From: Ranitomeya imitator
Lineage: Eukaryota
Assembly (NCBI RefSeq): GCF_032444005.1
Contig: NC_091290.1
Coordinates: forward strand, 151,032,001 to 151,096,000
DNA length: 64,000 nt
Reading direction: 5' to 3'
The notes under the pieces were generated by a model, which was given only the letters and a program-made list of their open reading frames with translations, made no database searches and was not told the origin of the DNA. Shown piece after piece: positions 24,010-38,129 of the stretch. The number at the start of each line of letters is the position of its first letter. Within the stretch, counting starts at the first letter, position 1. Made by a program: the position numbers and the translations under genes.

Positions 24010-26560
24010 ACACCCTGTGCTCCTGGACCCCTTGCTCATACGACCTGCCGCATGCTGCGCTCCTGGACCCCCTGCTCATCCGTCCTCCGCATCCTGCTCT
24101 CCTGGACCGCCTGCTCATCCGTCCTGCTGCATTCTGTGCTCCTGGACCCCCTGCTCATCCGTCCTGCCGCATCCTGCGCTCCTGGACCCCCTGCTCATTT
24201 GTCCTGCCGCATCCTGCGCTCCTGGACCCCCTGCTCATCTGTCCTGCCGCATCCTGCGCTCCTGGACCCCCTGCTCATCTGTCCTGCCGCATCCTGCGCT
24301 CCTGGACCCTCTGCTCATCTGTCCTCCGCATCCTGCGCTCCTGGACCCTCTGCTCATCCGTCCTCCGCATCCTGCGCTCCTAGTTTGCCTGCTCATCCGT
24401 CCTGCTGCATCCTGCGCTCCTGGACCCCCTGCTCATCTGCCCTGCCGCATGCTGCGCTCCTGGACCCCCTGCTCATCCGTCCTGCCGCATGCTGCGCTCC
24501 TGGACCCTATGCTCATCTGTCCTCCTCATCCTGTGCTCCTGGACCCTCTGCTCCTCCATCCTCCGCTCCTGGACCCCCTGCTCATCCGCCCTGCCGCATC
24601 CTGCGCTCCTGGACCCCCTGCTCATCCGTCCTGCCGCATGCTGCGCTCCTGGACCCTATGCTCATCTGTCCTCCTCATCCTGTGCTCCTGGACCCCCTGC
24701 TCCTCCATCCTCCGCATCCTGTGCTCCTGGACCCCCTGCTCATCCGTCCTTCTGCATCCTGCGCTCCTGGACCCCCTGCTCATCTGTCCTGCAGCATACT
24801 GCGCTCCTGGACCCCCTGCTCATCCGTCCTGCCGCATCCTGCGCTCCTGGACCCCCTGCTCATCCGTCCTGCCGCATCCTGCGCTCCTGGACCACCTGCT
24901 CATCCGTCCTGCCGCATCCTGGGCTCCTGGACCCCCTGCTCATCCGTCCTGCCGCATCCTGCGCTCCTGGACCCCCTGCTCATCTGTCCTGCCGCATCCT
25001 GCGCTCCTGGTCCCCCTGCTCATCTGTCCTGCCGCATCCTGCGCTCCTGGTCCCCCTGCTCATCTGTCCTGCCGCATCCTGTGCTCCTGGACCCTCTGCT
25101 CATACGACCTGCCGCATGCTGCGCTCCTGGACCCCCTGCTCATCCGTCCTCCGCATCCTGCTCTCCTGGACCGCCTGCTCATCCGTCCTGCTGCATTCTG
25201 TGCTCCTGGACCCCCTGCTCATCCGTCCTGCCGCATCCTGCGCTCCTGGACCCCCTGCTCATCTGTCCTGCCGCATCCTGCGCTCCTGGACCCCCTGCTC
25301 ATCTGTCCTGCCGCATCCTGTGCTCCTGGACCCTCTGCTCATCTGTCCTCCGCATCCTGCGCTCCTGGACCCTCTGCTCATCCGTCCTCCGCATCCTGCG
25401 CTCCTAGTTTGCCTGCTCATCCGTCCTGCTGCATCCTGCGCTCCTGGACCCCCTGCTCATCTGCCCTGCCGCATCCTGCGCTCCTGGACCCCCTGCTCAT
25501 CCGTTCTGCCGCATGCTGCGCTCCTGGACCCTATGCTCATCTGTCCTCCTCATCCTGTGCTCCTGGACCCCCTGCTCCTCCATCCTCCGCTCCTGGACCC
25601 CCTGCTCATCCGCCCTGCCGCATCCTGCGCTCCTGGACCCCCTGCTCATCCGTCCTGCCGCATGCTGCGCTCCTGGACCCTATGCTCATCTGTCCTCCTC
25701 ATCCTGTGCTCCTGGACCCCCTGCTCCCCCATCCTCGCTCCTGGACCCCCTGCTCATCCGCCCTGCCGCATCCTGCGCTCCTGGACCCCCTGCTCATCCG
25801 TCCTGCCGCATGCTGCGCTCCTGGACCCTATGCTCATCTGTCCTCCTGATCCTGTGCTCCTGGACCCCCTGCTCCCCCATCCTCGCTCCTGGACCCCCTG
25901 CTCATCCGCCCTGCCGCATCCTGCGCTCCTGGACCCCCTGCTCATCCGTCCTGCCACATGCTGCGCTCCTGGACCCTATGCTCATCTGTCCTCCTCATCC
26001 TGTGCACCTGGACCCCCTGCTCCTCCATCCTCCGCATCCTGTGCTCCTGGACCCCCTGCTCATCCGTCCTGCTGCATCCTGCGCTCCTGGACCCCCTGCT
26101 CATCTGTCCTGCAGCATACTGCGCTCCTGGACCCCCTGCTCATCTGTCCTGCCGCATCCTGCGCTCCTGGACCCCCTGCTCATCCGCCCTGCCGCATCCT
26201 GCGCTCCTGGACCACCTGCTCATCTGTCCTGCAGCATACTGCGCTCCTGGACCCCCTGCTCATCCGTCCTGCCGCATCCTGCGCTCCTGGACCCCCTGCT
26301 CATCCGTCCTGCCGCATCCTGCGCTCCTGGACCCCCTGCTCATCCGTCCTGCCGCATCCTGCGCTCCTGGACCACCTGCTCATCCGTCCTGCCGCATCCT
26401 GGGCTCCTGGACCCCCTGCTCATCCGTCCTGCCGCATCCTGGGCTCCTGGACCCCCTGCTCATCCATCCTGCCGCATCCTGCGCTCCTGGACCACTTGCT
26501 CATCCGTCCTGCCGCATCCTGCGCTCCTGGACATCCTGCGCTCCTGGACATCCTGCTCAT
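24010..26560. repeat. 37-40-bp C-rich minisatellite
   Basis: Unit GCGCTCCTGGACCCCCTGCTCATCCGTCCTGCCGCATCCT, period 40 at 24841, with shorter variants; gives overlapping Pro/Cys/Leu-rich ORFs in all three plus frames. Confidence 0.96.
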
Positions 26561-27104
26561 ATAGTACATATGTATTATACCGCACTGCTGTGTGTTCTAT
26601 GGAGATGATACATGTGAGGAGGGTTATATGTAGCGTATAGTGTGTGATAACGCGCCTCTCTCCATTATATATACTATATGTTATAGGGTATATATGTATA
26701 TAATATATAATGCTGCGTTGTTCCCAAAACTAGTCTCAGACTTGAGTTTTCGCAGCTCGGTTGGGATTCTTGTGGTTGTGTCTGGGTTTGAGCTGAGCGA
26801 TGAGCGGCGGAGCCTGGCACAAAATGGCATCTTTCCGTTGGCTCGGTTATGCTTCCTACGTCGACCCTGCACCATGGGGCCAGCTGGAATAAACAACCAG
26901 GAAGGGAGATGTTCATGGTCAGGACAGCACGGTCTGTGGTCAGTGACGGAGAAGACAGGCGCTGCTTACCCTGCAGATCAGTGTCACCCAGTGCCAGGCT
27001 GCCCAGAGCTGAACATCAGCGGCACACGTGACTGATGGGGTGCCATGTACATCACAGGGTTCACCCTGACATGGGCGCCCAGGAACCCTGCTGGCCACAA
27101 GAAT

Positions 27105-30100
27105 TTACACTATACAGGAAAGAGAGAGGACCCCACTGACCATAAGAGCTTACACTCTACAGGAGAGAGAGGACCCCGCTGACCATAAGAGCTTACACTC
27201 TACAGGAGAGAGAGGACCCCACTGACCATAAGAGCTTACACTCTACAGGAGAGAGAGGACCCCACTGACCATAAGAGCTTACACTCCACAGGAGAGAGAG
27301 GACCCCACTGACCATAAGAGCTTACACTCTACAGGAGACAGAGGACACCACTGATCATAGGAGCTTACACTCTACAGGAGAGTGAGGACCCCACTGACCA
27401 TAAGAGCTTACACTCTACAGGAGAGAGAGGACCCCACTGACCATAAGAGCTTACACTCTACAGGAGAGAGGACCCCACTGACCATAAGAGCTTACACTCT
27501 ACAGGAGAGAAGACCCCACTGACCATAAGAGCTTACACTCTACAGGAGAGAAGACCCCACTGACCATAAGAGCTTACACTCTACAGGAGAGAGGACCCCA
27601 CTGACCATAAGAGCTTACACTCTACAGGAGAGAAGACCCCACTGACCATAAGAGCTTACACTCTACAGGAGATAGAGGATCCCACTGACCATACGAGCTT
27701 ACACTCTACAGGAGAGAGAGGACCCACTGACCATAAGAGTTTACACTCTACAGGAGAGAGAGGACCCCACTGACCATAAGAGCTTACACTCTACAGGAGA
27801 GAGGACCCCACTGATCATAAGAGCTTACACTCTACAGGAGAGAAGACCCCACTGATCATAAGAGCTTACACTCTACAGGAGAGAGGACCTCACTGACCAT
27901 AAGAGCTTACACTCTACAGGAGAGAGAGGACCCCACTGACCATAAGAGCTTACACTCTACAGGAGACAGAAGACACCACTGACCATAAGAGCTTACACTC
28001 TACAGGAGAGAGAGGACCCCACTGACCATAAGAGCTTACACTCTACAGGAGAGAGAGGACCCCACTGACCATAAGAGCTTACACTCTACAGGAGACAGAG
28101 GACACCACTGACCATAAGAGCTTACACTCTACAGGAGAGAGAGAGGATCCCACTGACCATAAGAGCTTACACTCTACAGGAGAGAGAGGACCTCACTGAC
28201 CATAAGAGCTTACACTCTACAGTAGAGAGAGAGAGGACCCCACTGACCATAAGAGCTTACACTCTACAGGAGAGAGAGAGGACCCCACTGACCATAAGAG
28301 CTTACACTCTACAGGAGAGAGAGAGGATCCCACTGACCATAAGAGCTTACACTCTACAGTAGAGAGAGAGAGAGGACCCCACTGACCATAAGAGCTTACA
28401 CTCTACAGGAGAGAGAGGACCCCACTGACCATAAGAGCTTACACTCTACAGGAGAGAGAGAGGACCCCACTGACCATAAGAGCTTACACTCTACAGGAGA
28501 GAGAGAGGATCCCACTGACCATAAGAGCTTACACTCTACAGGAGAGAGAGAGGACCCCACTGACCATAAGAGCTTACACTCTACAGGAGAGAGAGAGGAC
28601 CTCACTGACCATAAGAGCTTACACTCTACAGTAGAGAGAGAGAGGACCCCACTGACCATAAGAGCTTACACTCTACAGGAGAGAGAGAGGACCCCACTGA
28701 CCATAAGAGCTTACACTCTACAGGAGAGAGAGGACCCCGCTGACCATAAGAGCTTACACTCTACAGGAGAGAGAGGACCCCACTGACCATAAGAGCTTAC
28801 ACTCTACAGGAGACAGAGGATCCCACTGACCATAAGAGCTTACACTCTACAGGAGACAGAAGACACCACTGACCATAAGAGCTTACACTCTACAGAAGAG
28901 AGAGGACCCCACTGACCATAAGAGCTTACACTCTACAGGAGACAGAGGATCCCACTGACCATAAGAGCTTACACTCTACAGGAGAGAGAGGACCCCACTG
29001 ACCATAAGAGCTTACACTCTACAGGAGAGAGAGGACACCACTGACCATAAGAGCTTACACTCTACAGGAGAGAGAGAGGATCCCACTGACGATAAGAGCT
29101 TACACTCTACAGGAGAGAGAGGACCTCACTGACCATAAGAGCTTACACTCTACAGTAGAGAGAGAGAGGACCCCACTGACCATAAGAGCTTACACTCTAC
29201 AGGAGAGAGAGAGGACCCCACTGACCATAAGAGCTTACACTCTACAGGAGAGAGAGAGGATCCCACTGACCATAAGAGCTTACACTCTACAGTAGAGAGA
29301 GAGAGAGGACCCCACTGACCATAAGAGCTTACACTCTACAGGAGAGAGAGGACCCTACTGACCATAAGAGCTTACACTCTACAGGAGAGAGAGAGGACCC
29401 CACTGACCATAAGAGCTTACACTCTACAGGAGAGAGAGAGGATCCCACTGACCATAAGAGCTTACACTCTACAGTAGAGAGAGAGAGGACCCCACTGACC
29501 ATAAGAGCTTACACTCTACAGGAGAGAGAGAGGACCCCACTGACCATAAGAGCTTACACTCTACAGGACAGAGAGGACCCCGCTGACCATAAGAGCTTAC
29601 ACTCTACAGGAGAGAGAGGACCCCACTGACCATAAGAGCTTACACTCTACAGGAGAGAGAGAGGACCCCACTGACCATAAGAGCTTACACTCTACAGGAC
29701 AGAGAGGACCCCGCTGACCATAAGAGCTTACACTCTACAGGAGAGAGAGGACCCCACTGACCATAAGAGCTTACACTCTACAGGAGAGAGAGGACCCCAC
29801 TGACCATAAGAGCTTACACTCTACAGGGGAGAGAGGATCCCACTGACCATAAGAGCTTACACTCTACAGGGGAGAGAGGATCCCACTGACCATAAGAGCT
29901 TACACTCTACAGGAGAGAGGACCCCGCTGACCATAAGAGCTTAGACTCTACAGGAGAGAGGACCCCACTGAGCATAAGAGCTTACACTCTACAGGAGAGA
30001 GAGTACCCCACTGACCATAAGAGCTTACACTCTACAGGAGAGAGAGGACCCCACTGACCATAAGAGCTTACACTCTACAGGAGAGAGAGAGGACCCCACT

Positions 30101-33100
30101 GACCATAAGAGCTTACACTCTACAGGAGAGAGAGGACCCCGCTGACCATAAGAGCTTACACTCTACAGGAGAGAGGGGACCCCACTGACCATAAGAGCTT
30201 ACACTCTACAGGAGAGAGAGGACCCCACTGACCATAAGAGCTTACACTCTACAGGAGAGAGAGGACCCCACTGACCATAAGAGCTTACACTCTACAGGAG
30301 AGAGAGGACCCCACTGACCATAAGAGCTTACACTCTACAGGAGAGAGAGAGGACCCCACTGACCATAAGAGCTTACACTCTACAGGAGAGAGAGGACCCC
30401 GCTGACCATAAGAGCTTACACTCTACAGGAGAGAGAGGACCCCACTGACCATAAGAGCTTACACTCTACAGGAGAGAGAGAGGACCCCACTGACCGTAAG
30501 AGCTTACACTCTACAGGAGAGAGAGGACCCCGCTGACCATAAGAGCTTACACTCTACAGGAGAGAGAGAGGACCCCGCTGACCATAAGAGCTTACACTCT
30601 ACAGGGGAGAGAGGACCCCACTGACCATAAGAGCTTACACTCTACAGGAGAGAGAGGACCCCACTGACCATAAGAGCTTACACTCTACAGGGGAGAGAGG
30701 ATCCCACTGACCATAAGAGCTTACACTCTACAGGAGAGAGGACCCCGCTGACCATAAGAGCTTAGACTCTACAGGAGAGAGGACCCCACTGAGCATAAGA
30801 GCTTACACTCTACAGGAGAGAGAGGACCCCACTGACCATAAGAGCTTACACTCTACAGGAGAGAGAGGACCCCACTGACCATAAGAGCTTACACTCTACA
30901 GGAGAGAGAGAGGACCCCACTGACCATAAGAGCTTACACTCTACAGGAGAGAGGGGACCCCGCTGACCATAAGAGCTTACACTCTACAGGAGAGAGGGGA
31001 CCCCACTGACCATAAGAGCTTACACTCTACAGGAGAGAGAGGACCCCACTGACCATAAGAGCTTACACTCTACAGGAGAGAGAGGACCCCACTGACCATA
31101 AGAGCTTACACTCTACAGGAGAGAGAGGACCCCACTGACCATAAGAGCTTACACTCTACAGGAGAGAGAGAGGACCCCGCTGACCATAAGAGCTTACACT
31201 CTACAGGAGAGAGAGGACCCCGCTGACCATAAGAGCTTACACTCTACAGGAGAGAGAGGACCCCACTGACCATAAGAGCTTACACTCTACAGGAGAGAGA
31301 GAGGACCCCACTGACCGTAAGAGCTTACACTCTACAGGAGAGAGAGGACCCCGCTGACCATAAGAGCTTACACTCTACAGGAGAGAGAGAGGACCCCGCT
31401 GACCATAAGAGCTTACACTCTACAGGAGAGAGAGGACCCCACTGACCATAAGAGCTTACACTCTACAGGAGAGAGAGGACCCCACTGACCATAAGAGCTT
31501 ACACTCTACAGGAGAGAGGACACCACTGACCATAAGAGCTTACACTCTACAGGAGAGAGAGGACCCCACTGACCATAAGAGCTTACACTCTACAGGAGAG
31601 AGAGGACCCCACTGACCATAAGAGCTTACACTCTACAGGAGAGAGAGGACCCCACTGACCATAAGAGCTTACACTCTACAGGAGAGAGAGGACCCCACTG
31701 ACCATAAGAGCTTACACTCTACAGGAGAGAGGACCCCACTGACCATAAGAGCTTACACTCTACAGGAGAGAGGACACCACTGACCATAAGAGCTTACACT
31801 CTACAGGAGAGAGAGGACCCCACTGACCATAAGAGCTTACACTCTACAGGAGAGAGAGGACCCCACTGACCATAAGAGCTTACACTCTACAGGAGAGAGA
31901 GAGGACCCCACTGACCATAAGAGCTTACACTCTACAGGAGAGAGAGAGGACCCCACTGACCATAAGAGCTTACACTCTACAGGAGAGAGAGGACCCCGCT
32001 GACCATAAGAGCTTACACTCTACAGGAGAGAGGGGACCCCACTGACCATAAGAGCTTACACTCTACAGGAGAGAGAGGACCCCACTGACCATAAGAGCTT
32101 ACACTCTACAGGAGAGAGAGGACCCCACTGACCATAAGAGCTTACACTCTACAGGAGAGAGAGGACCCCGCTGACCATAAGAGCTTACACTCTACAGGAG
32201 AGAGAGAGGACCCCGCTGACCATAAGAGCTTACACTCTACAGGAGAGAGAGGACCCCGCTGACCATAAGAGCTTACACTCTACAGGAGAGAGAGGACCCC
32301 ACTGACCATAAGAGCTTACACTCTACAGGAGAGAGAGGACCCCACTGACCATAAGAGCTTACACTCTACAGGAGGGAGAGGACCACACTGACCCTAAGAG
32401 CTTACACTCTACAGGAGAGAGAGAGGACCCCACTGACCATAAGAGCTTACACTCTACAGGAGAGAGAGGACCCCACTGACCATAAGAGCTTACACTCTAC
32501 AGGAGAGAGAGAGGACCCCACTGACCGTAAGAGCTTACACTCTACAGGAGAGAGAGGACCCCGCTGACCATAAGAGCTTACACTCTACAGGAGAGAGAGG
32601 ACCCCACTGACCATAAGAGCTTACACTCTACAGGAGAGAGAGGACCCCACTGACCATAAGAGCTTACACTCTACAGGAGAGAGGACACCACTGACCATAA
32701 GAGCTTACACTCTACAGGAGAGAGAGGACCCCACTGACCATAAGAGCTTACACTCTACAGGAGAGAGAGGACCCCACTGACCATAAGAGCTTACACTCTA
32801 CAGGAGAGAGGACCCCACTGACCATAAGAGCTTACACTCTACAGGAGAGAGGACACCACTGACCATAAGAGCTTACACTCTACAGGAGAGAGAGGACCCC
32901 ACTGACCATAAGAGCTTACACTCTACAGGAGAGAGAGGACCCCACTGACCATAAGAGCTTACACTCTACAGGAGAGAGAGAGGACCCCACTGACCATAAG
33001 AGCTTACACTCTACAGGAGAGAGAGAGGACCCCACTGACCATAAGAGCTTACACTCTACAGGAGAGAGAGGACCCCGCTGACCATAAGAGCTTACACTCT

Positions 33101-34214
33101 ACAGGAGAGAGGGGACCCCACTGACCATAAGAGCTTACACTCTACAGGAGAGAGAGGACCCCACTGACCATAAGAGCTTACACTCTACAGGAGAGAGAGG
33201 ACCCCACTGACCATAAGAGCTTACACTCTACAGGAGAGAGAGGACCCCACTGACCATAAGAGCTTACACTCTACAGGAGAGAGAGGACCCCACTGACCAT
33301 AAGAGCTTACACTCTACAGGAGAGAGAGGACCCCACTGACCATAAGAGCTTACACTCTACAGGAGAGAGAGGACCCCACTGACCATAAGAGCTTACACTC
33401 TACAGGAGAGAGAGGACCCCACTGACCATAAGAGCTTACACTCTACAGGAGAGAGAGGACCCCACTGACCGTAAGAGCTTACACTCTACAGGAGAGAGAG
33501 GACCCCACTGACCGTAAGAGCTTACACTCTACAGGAGAGAGAGGACCCCGCTGACCATAAGAGCTTACACTCTACAGGAGAGAGAGGACCCCACTGACCA
33601 TAAGAGCTTACACTCTACAGGAGAGAGAGGACCCCACTGACCATAAGAGCTTACACTCTACAGGAGAGAGGACACCACTGACCATAAGAGCTTACACTCT
33701 ACAGGAGAGAGAGGACCCCACTGACCATAAGAGCTTACACTCTACAGGAGAGAGAGGACCCCACTGACCATAAGAGCTTACACTCTACAGGAGAGAGAGG
33801 ACCCCACTGACCATAAGAGCTTACACTCTACAGGAGAGAGAGGACCCCACTGACCATAAGAGCTTACACTCTACAGGAGAGAGGACCCCACTGACCATAA
33901 GAGCTTACACTCTACAGGAGAGAGGACACCACTGACCATAAGAGCTTACACTCTACAGGAGAGAGAGGACCCCACTGACCATAAGAGCTTACACTCTACA
34001 GGAGAGAGAGGACCCCACTGACCATAAGAGCTTACACTCCACAGGAGAGAGGACCCCACTGACCATAAGAGCTTACACTCTACAGGAGGGAGAGAGGACC
34101 CCACTGATCATAAGAGCTTACACTCTACAGGAGAGAGAGGACCCCACTGACCATAAGAGCTTACACTCCACAGGAGAGAGGACCCCACTGACCATAAGAG
34201 CTTACACTCTACAG
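27105..34214. repeat. 41-47-bp minisatellite with an internal (GA)n tract, ~165 copies
   Basis: Unit GAGCTTACACTCTACAG(GA)nGGACCCCACTGACCATAA; modal length 43. Confidence 0.98.
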
Positions 34215-34337
34215 ATGATATAATATTATATGGTGCTTTTCTCTGTTCGGCTACTAGAGGGCGCAGTACACTAGATGGTGATGGATTGTGGGGGAAGGTC
34301 AGTGTAATCTGGGACATTATGTTCCATGCTACATTAA

Positions 34338-34834
34338 AGGTACCGTCACACTTAGCGACGCTGCAGCGATACCGACAACAATCCGGATCGCTGCAGCGTC
34401 GCTGTTTGGTCGCTGGAGAGCGACCAAGCGGTGACTCACCGCTGTGGCTGTGCTCTGCTTTCACTTTACGGCCAGCAGTCAGTGCAGGAACCAGACGGCA
34501 AGGGACAGACAGCTGAATGTAAGTATGTACTGTTTGTTTTTTTTACGCTGGTAACCAGGGTAAACATCGGGTTACTAAGCGCGGCCCTGCGCTTAGTTAC
34601 CCGATGTTTACCCTGGTTACCAGTGAAGACATCGCTGAATCGGTGTCACACACGCCGATTCAGCGATGTCTGCGGGGAGTCCAGCGACGAAATAAAGTTC
34701 TGGACTTTCTTCCCCGACCAGCGATCTCCCAGCAGGGGCCTGATCGCTGCTGCCTGTCACACTGGACGATATCGCTAGCGAGGACGCTGCAACGTCACGG
34801 ATCGCTAGCGATATCGTCTAGTGTGACAGTACCT
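34338..34834. mobile_element. Harbinger-type MITE, internally deleted relative of the 60143 copy
   Basis: TIR AGGTACCGTCACACT / AGTGTGACAGTACCT; TAA on both sides (34335-37, 34835-37); internal palindrome GGTAACCAGGGTAAACATCGGG...CCCGATGTTTACCCTGGTTACC. Confidence 0.9.
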
Positions 34835-35339
34835 TAAGGGTCAGGGGCTTTGACTGTAATTAACCCTTTGCAATATGGATATAGATCAATGTTTCCTTTG
34901 ATCACTTGTCATCAGGGCGGATCTTTAATCTTAGTGTGTTTAACTTCCAGGATTCGATTGTTGCATTTATGAGTTTGTAACTGCTGCAGAACCTCTTGAT
35001 AAACCTACATGAAACCATCACGTAGGTTCAGAACCTGTATTGACTACTTGGAGTTTTTATCAAAGGTGTCGACCCATTTACTTCTTCACCACCGGGGTCA
35101 CCGCAGGGAGATTTCCTCTGTAATTTCATATTCTTCTTTGGCTTCATACTTGGTGCCCTATAGTACTGTGCTATCCCTGCTGTAAGAGGAATTTAATATT
35201 TGGTTTTTCATCTGATGGTTGAATGCCCCCAAATCTTCATCATCCCTTCAGTGCCTTGTTATCCATTCTGTGCAGGGGCTCCATCCAGACTGTAACGGAT
35301 CCTCTGCTGTGAGACAGGAATACGGCACATACATTTTCC

Positions 35340-36600
35340 TGTACTGATCCTGAGTTACCTCCTGTATTATACTCCAGAGCTGCGCTCACTATTCTGCTGG
35401 TGCAGTCACTGTGTAACATAGTAACATAGTAACATAGTTAGTAAGGCCGAAAAAAGACATTTGTCCATCCAGTTCAGCCTATATTCCATCATAATAAATA
35501 CCCAGATCTACGTCCTTCTACAGAACCTAATAATTGTATGATACAATATTGTTCTGCTCCAGGAAGACATCCAGGCCTCTCTTGAACATACATTACATTA
35601 CTGATCCTGAGTTACATCCTGTATTATACCCCAGAGCTGCACTCACTATTCTGCTGGTGTAGTCACTGTGTACATACATTACATTACTGATCCTGAGTTA
35701 CATCCTGTATTATACTCCAGAGCTGCACTCACTATTCTGCTGGTGCTGTCACGGTGTACATACATTACTGATCCTGAGTTACCTCCTGTATTATACCCCA
35801 GAGCTGCACTCACTATTCTGCTGGTGCAGTCACTGTGTACATACATTACTGATCCTGAGTTACCTCCTGTATTATACTCCAGAGCTGCGCTCACTATTCT
35901 GCTGGTGCAGTCACTGTGTACATACATTACATTACTGATCCTGAGTTACCTCCTGTATTATACTCCAGAGCTGCACTCACTATTCTGCTGGTGCAGTCAC
36001 TGTGTACATACATTACATTACTGATCCTGAGTTACATCCTGTATTATACTCCAGAGCTGCACTCACTATTCTGCTGGTGCAGTCACTGTGTACATACATT
36101 ACTGATCCTGAGTTACCTCCTGTATTATACCCCAGAGCTGCACTCACTATTCTGCTGGTGTAGTCACTGTGTACATACATTACATTACTGATCCTGAGTT
36201 ACCTCCTGTATTATACCCCAGAGCTGCACTCACTATTCTGCTGGTGCAGTCACTGTGTACATACATTACATTACTGATCCTGAGTTACATCCTGTATTAT
36301 ACCCCAGAGCTGCACTCACTATTCTGCTGGTGCAGTCACTGTGTACATACATTACATTACTGATCCTGATTTACATCCTGTATTATACCCCAGAGCTGCA
36401 CTCACTATTCTGCTGGTGCAGTCACTGTGTACATACATTACATTACTGATCCTGAGTTACATCCTGTATTATACCCCCAGAGCTGCACTCACTATTCTGC
36501 TGGTGCAGTCACTGTGTACATACATTACTGATCCTGAGTTACATCCTGTATTATACCCCCAGAGCTGCACTCACTATTCTGCTGGTGCAGTCACTGTGTA
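35340..36600 (+). repeat. 86/81-bp satellite array 1
   Basis: Unit GATCCTGAGTTACATCCTGTATTATACTCCAGAGCTGCACTCACTATTCTGCTGGTGCAGTCACTGTGTACATACATTACATTACT; the 81-bp variant lacks one ACATT. Confidence 0.97.
35413..35587 (-). mobile_element. Short 3'-end fragment of a CR1 LINE inserted in the satellite
   Basis: Reverse complement matches 58663-58837 with one mismatch seen by eye; (ACTATGTT)n tail. Confidence 0.92.
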
Positions 36601-36604
36601 CACA

Positions 36605-38087
36605 CAGTTGTATGAGAAAAGTGTTTGCCACCTTTCTGATTTCTTATTTTTTTGCATGTTTCTCACACTTAATGTTTCTGATTACCAAACAAATGTTAAT
36701 ATTAGACAAAGATAACGCAAGTAATCACAAAATGCAGTTCATGAATGAAGATATTTATTATTAAGGGAAAAAGTAATCCAAACCTACAGGGCCCTGTGTG
36801 AAAAAGTTATTGCCCCCACCATACCTTAATTTATGTTTTATCTGTGGTTTATCATATATTTGGGAAGCTGAGTTCACATTCCCTAACCACACTTAGGCCT
36901 GATTACTGCCTCACCTGTTCTCCATCAAGAAATCACTTAGATAGGACCTGCCTGACGAAGTGAAGTGGGCAAAAAAGATTCTAAAAACCTAAACATCACA
37001 CCTCGTTCGCAAGAAATTCTGTCACAAAAACTATACAAAGTAACTGAAATCTGTCTGACGAAGTTTATAAAGCCATTTTTAAAACTTTGGGACTCCAGCG
37101 AAGCACAGTGAGAGCCATTTTCCACAAATGACGAAACCCTGGAACAGTGGTGAACCTTCCCAGGCGTGGCCAGCCGACCAAAATTACCCCAAGAGCGCAA
37201 CAACGACTCATCCAAGAGGTCAAAAAAGACCCCCAAAATAACATCCAAAGAACTGCAGGCCTCACTTGCCTCAGTTAAGTTCAGCGTTCATGACTCCACC
37301 ATAGGAAACAGACTTGGACCTCTAGCAATCAGGCCATTTTTAGCAAGAGCATAAAGGCTCTTCTGTTTTGCCAGAAAACATCTTCATTATCCCCAATAGT
37401 TTGGGGAGAATACTCTGTAGACTAAGGAGACAAAAGCTGAACTTTTTGGAAGGTGTATGTCCCATTACATCTGGTGTAGAATTAACACACCTCATTTCAG
37501 AAAAGGAACATCATACCAACAGTAAAATATGGTGGTGGTAGTGTGATGGTCTGTTTTGCTTTTTCTGGATCTGGAAGACTTGCTGTGGTAAATTGATCCA
37601 TGAATTCTGCTGTCTACCAATAAATCCTGAAGGAGAATGTCCGGTCATCTGTTCATGACCTCAAGCTGAAGCGCACGTGGCTTATGCAGCAGAACAATGA
37701 TCCAAAGCACATCAGCAAGTTTCAAGAAAAACAAAATTAAGACTTTGGAGTGTCCTAGTCAAAGTCCTGACCTCAATATGATTGAGATGCTGTAATGACC
37801 TTAAAAAGGTGATTCATGGTCAGAAACCTCCAATGTGGCTGAATTACCACAATTCTGCAGATCAGGCGCCAAAATTCCTCCAGAGCGTTGTGAAAGACTC
37901 ATTGCCAGTTATTGCCAAGGCTTGATTGCAGTTGTCAATGCTAAGGGCCCAACCAGTTATTAGGTTTCGGGGCAATCAGTTTTTCACACAGGGCCCTGGA
38001 GGTTTGGATTTATTTTTCCTTTAATAATAAAGACCTTTGTTTATAAACTGCATTTTGTGATTACTTGTGTTATCTTTGTGTAATGAC
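36605..38087 (+). mobile_element. Decayed Tc1-like transposon with long TIRs, right TIR truncated
   Basis: Left end CAGTTGTATGAGAAAAGTGTTTGCC; matching inverted segments around 36720-36815 and 37965-38085; transposase remnants inside. Confidence 0.9.
36998..37963 (+). pseudogene. Tc1 transposase pseudogene
   Basis: Remnants PTKITPRAQQRLIQEV, TSKELQASLASVKFSVHDSTI, NIIPTVKYGGGSVMV, NDPKH, SPDLN.IE; start codon lost, stops and frameshifts present, WTDE motif mutated. Confidence 0.9.
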
Positions 38088-38129
38088 TCTTTTTTCGTTT
38101 ACTCACAGGAAGTCGGACCCCCTTTCTCA

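Noticed and set aside
23549-26640. 766-, 691- and 451-aa Pro/Cys/Leu-rich ORFs as genes
   Set aside because: They overlap in all three plus frames and shift between the same peptides as unit length changes; these are repeat translations.
26970-27090. Minus-strand exon ending at CAGG|GTAAGC
   Set aside because: Weak acceptor, unrecognised peptide and stops in other frames.
35060-35190. Purine-rich minus-strand exon after TTCCTCTTACAG
   Set aside because: No convincing donor and no recognisable peptide.
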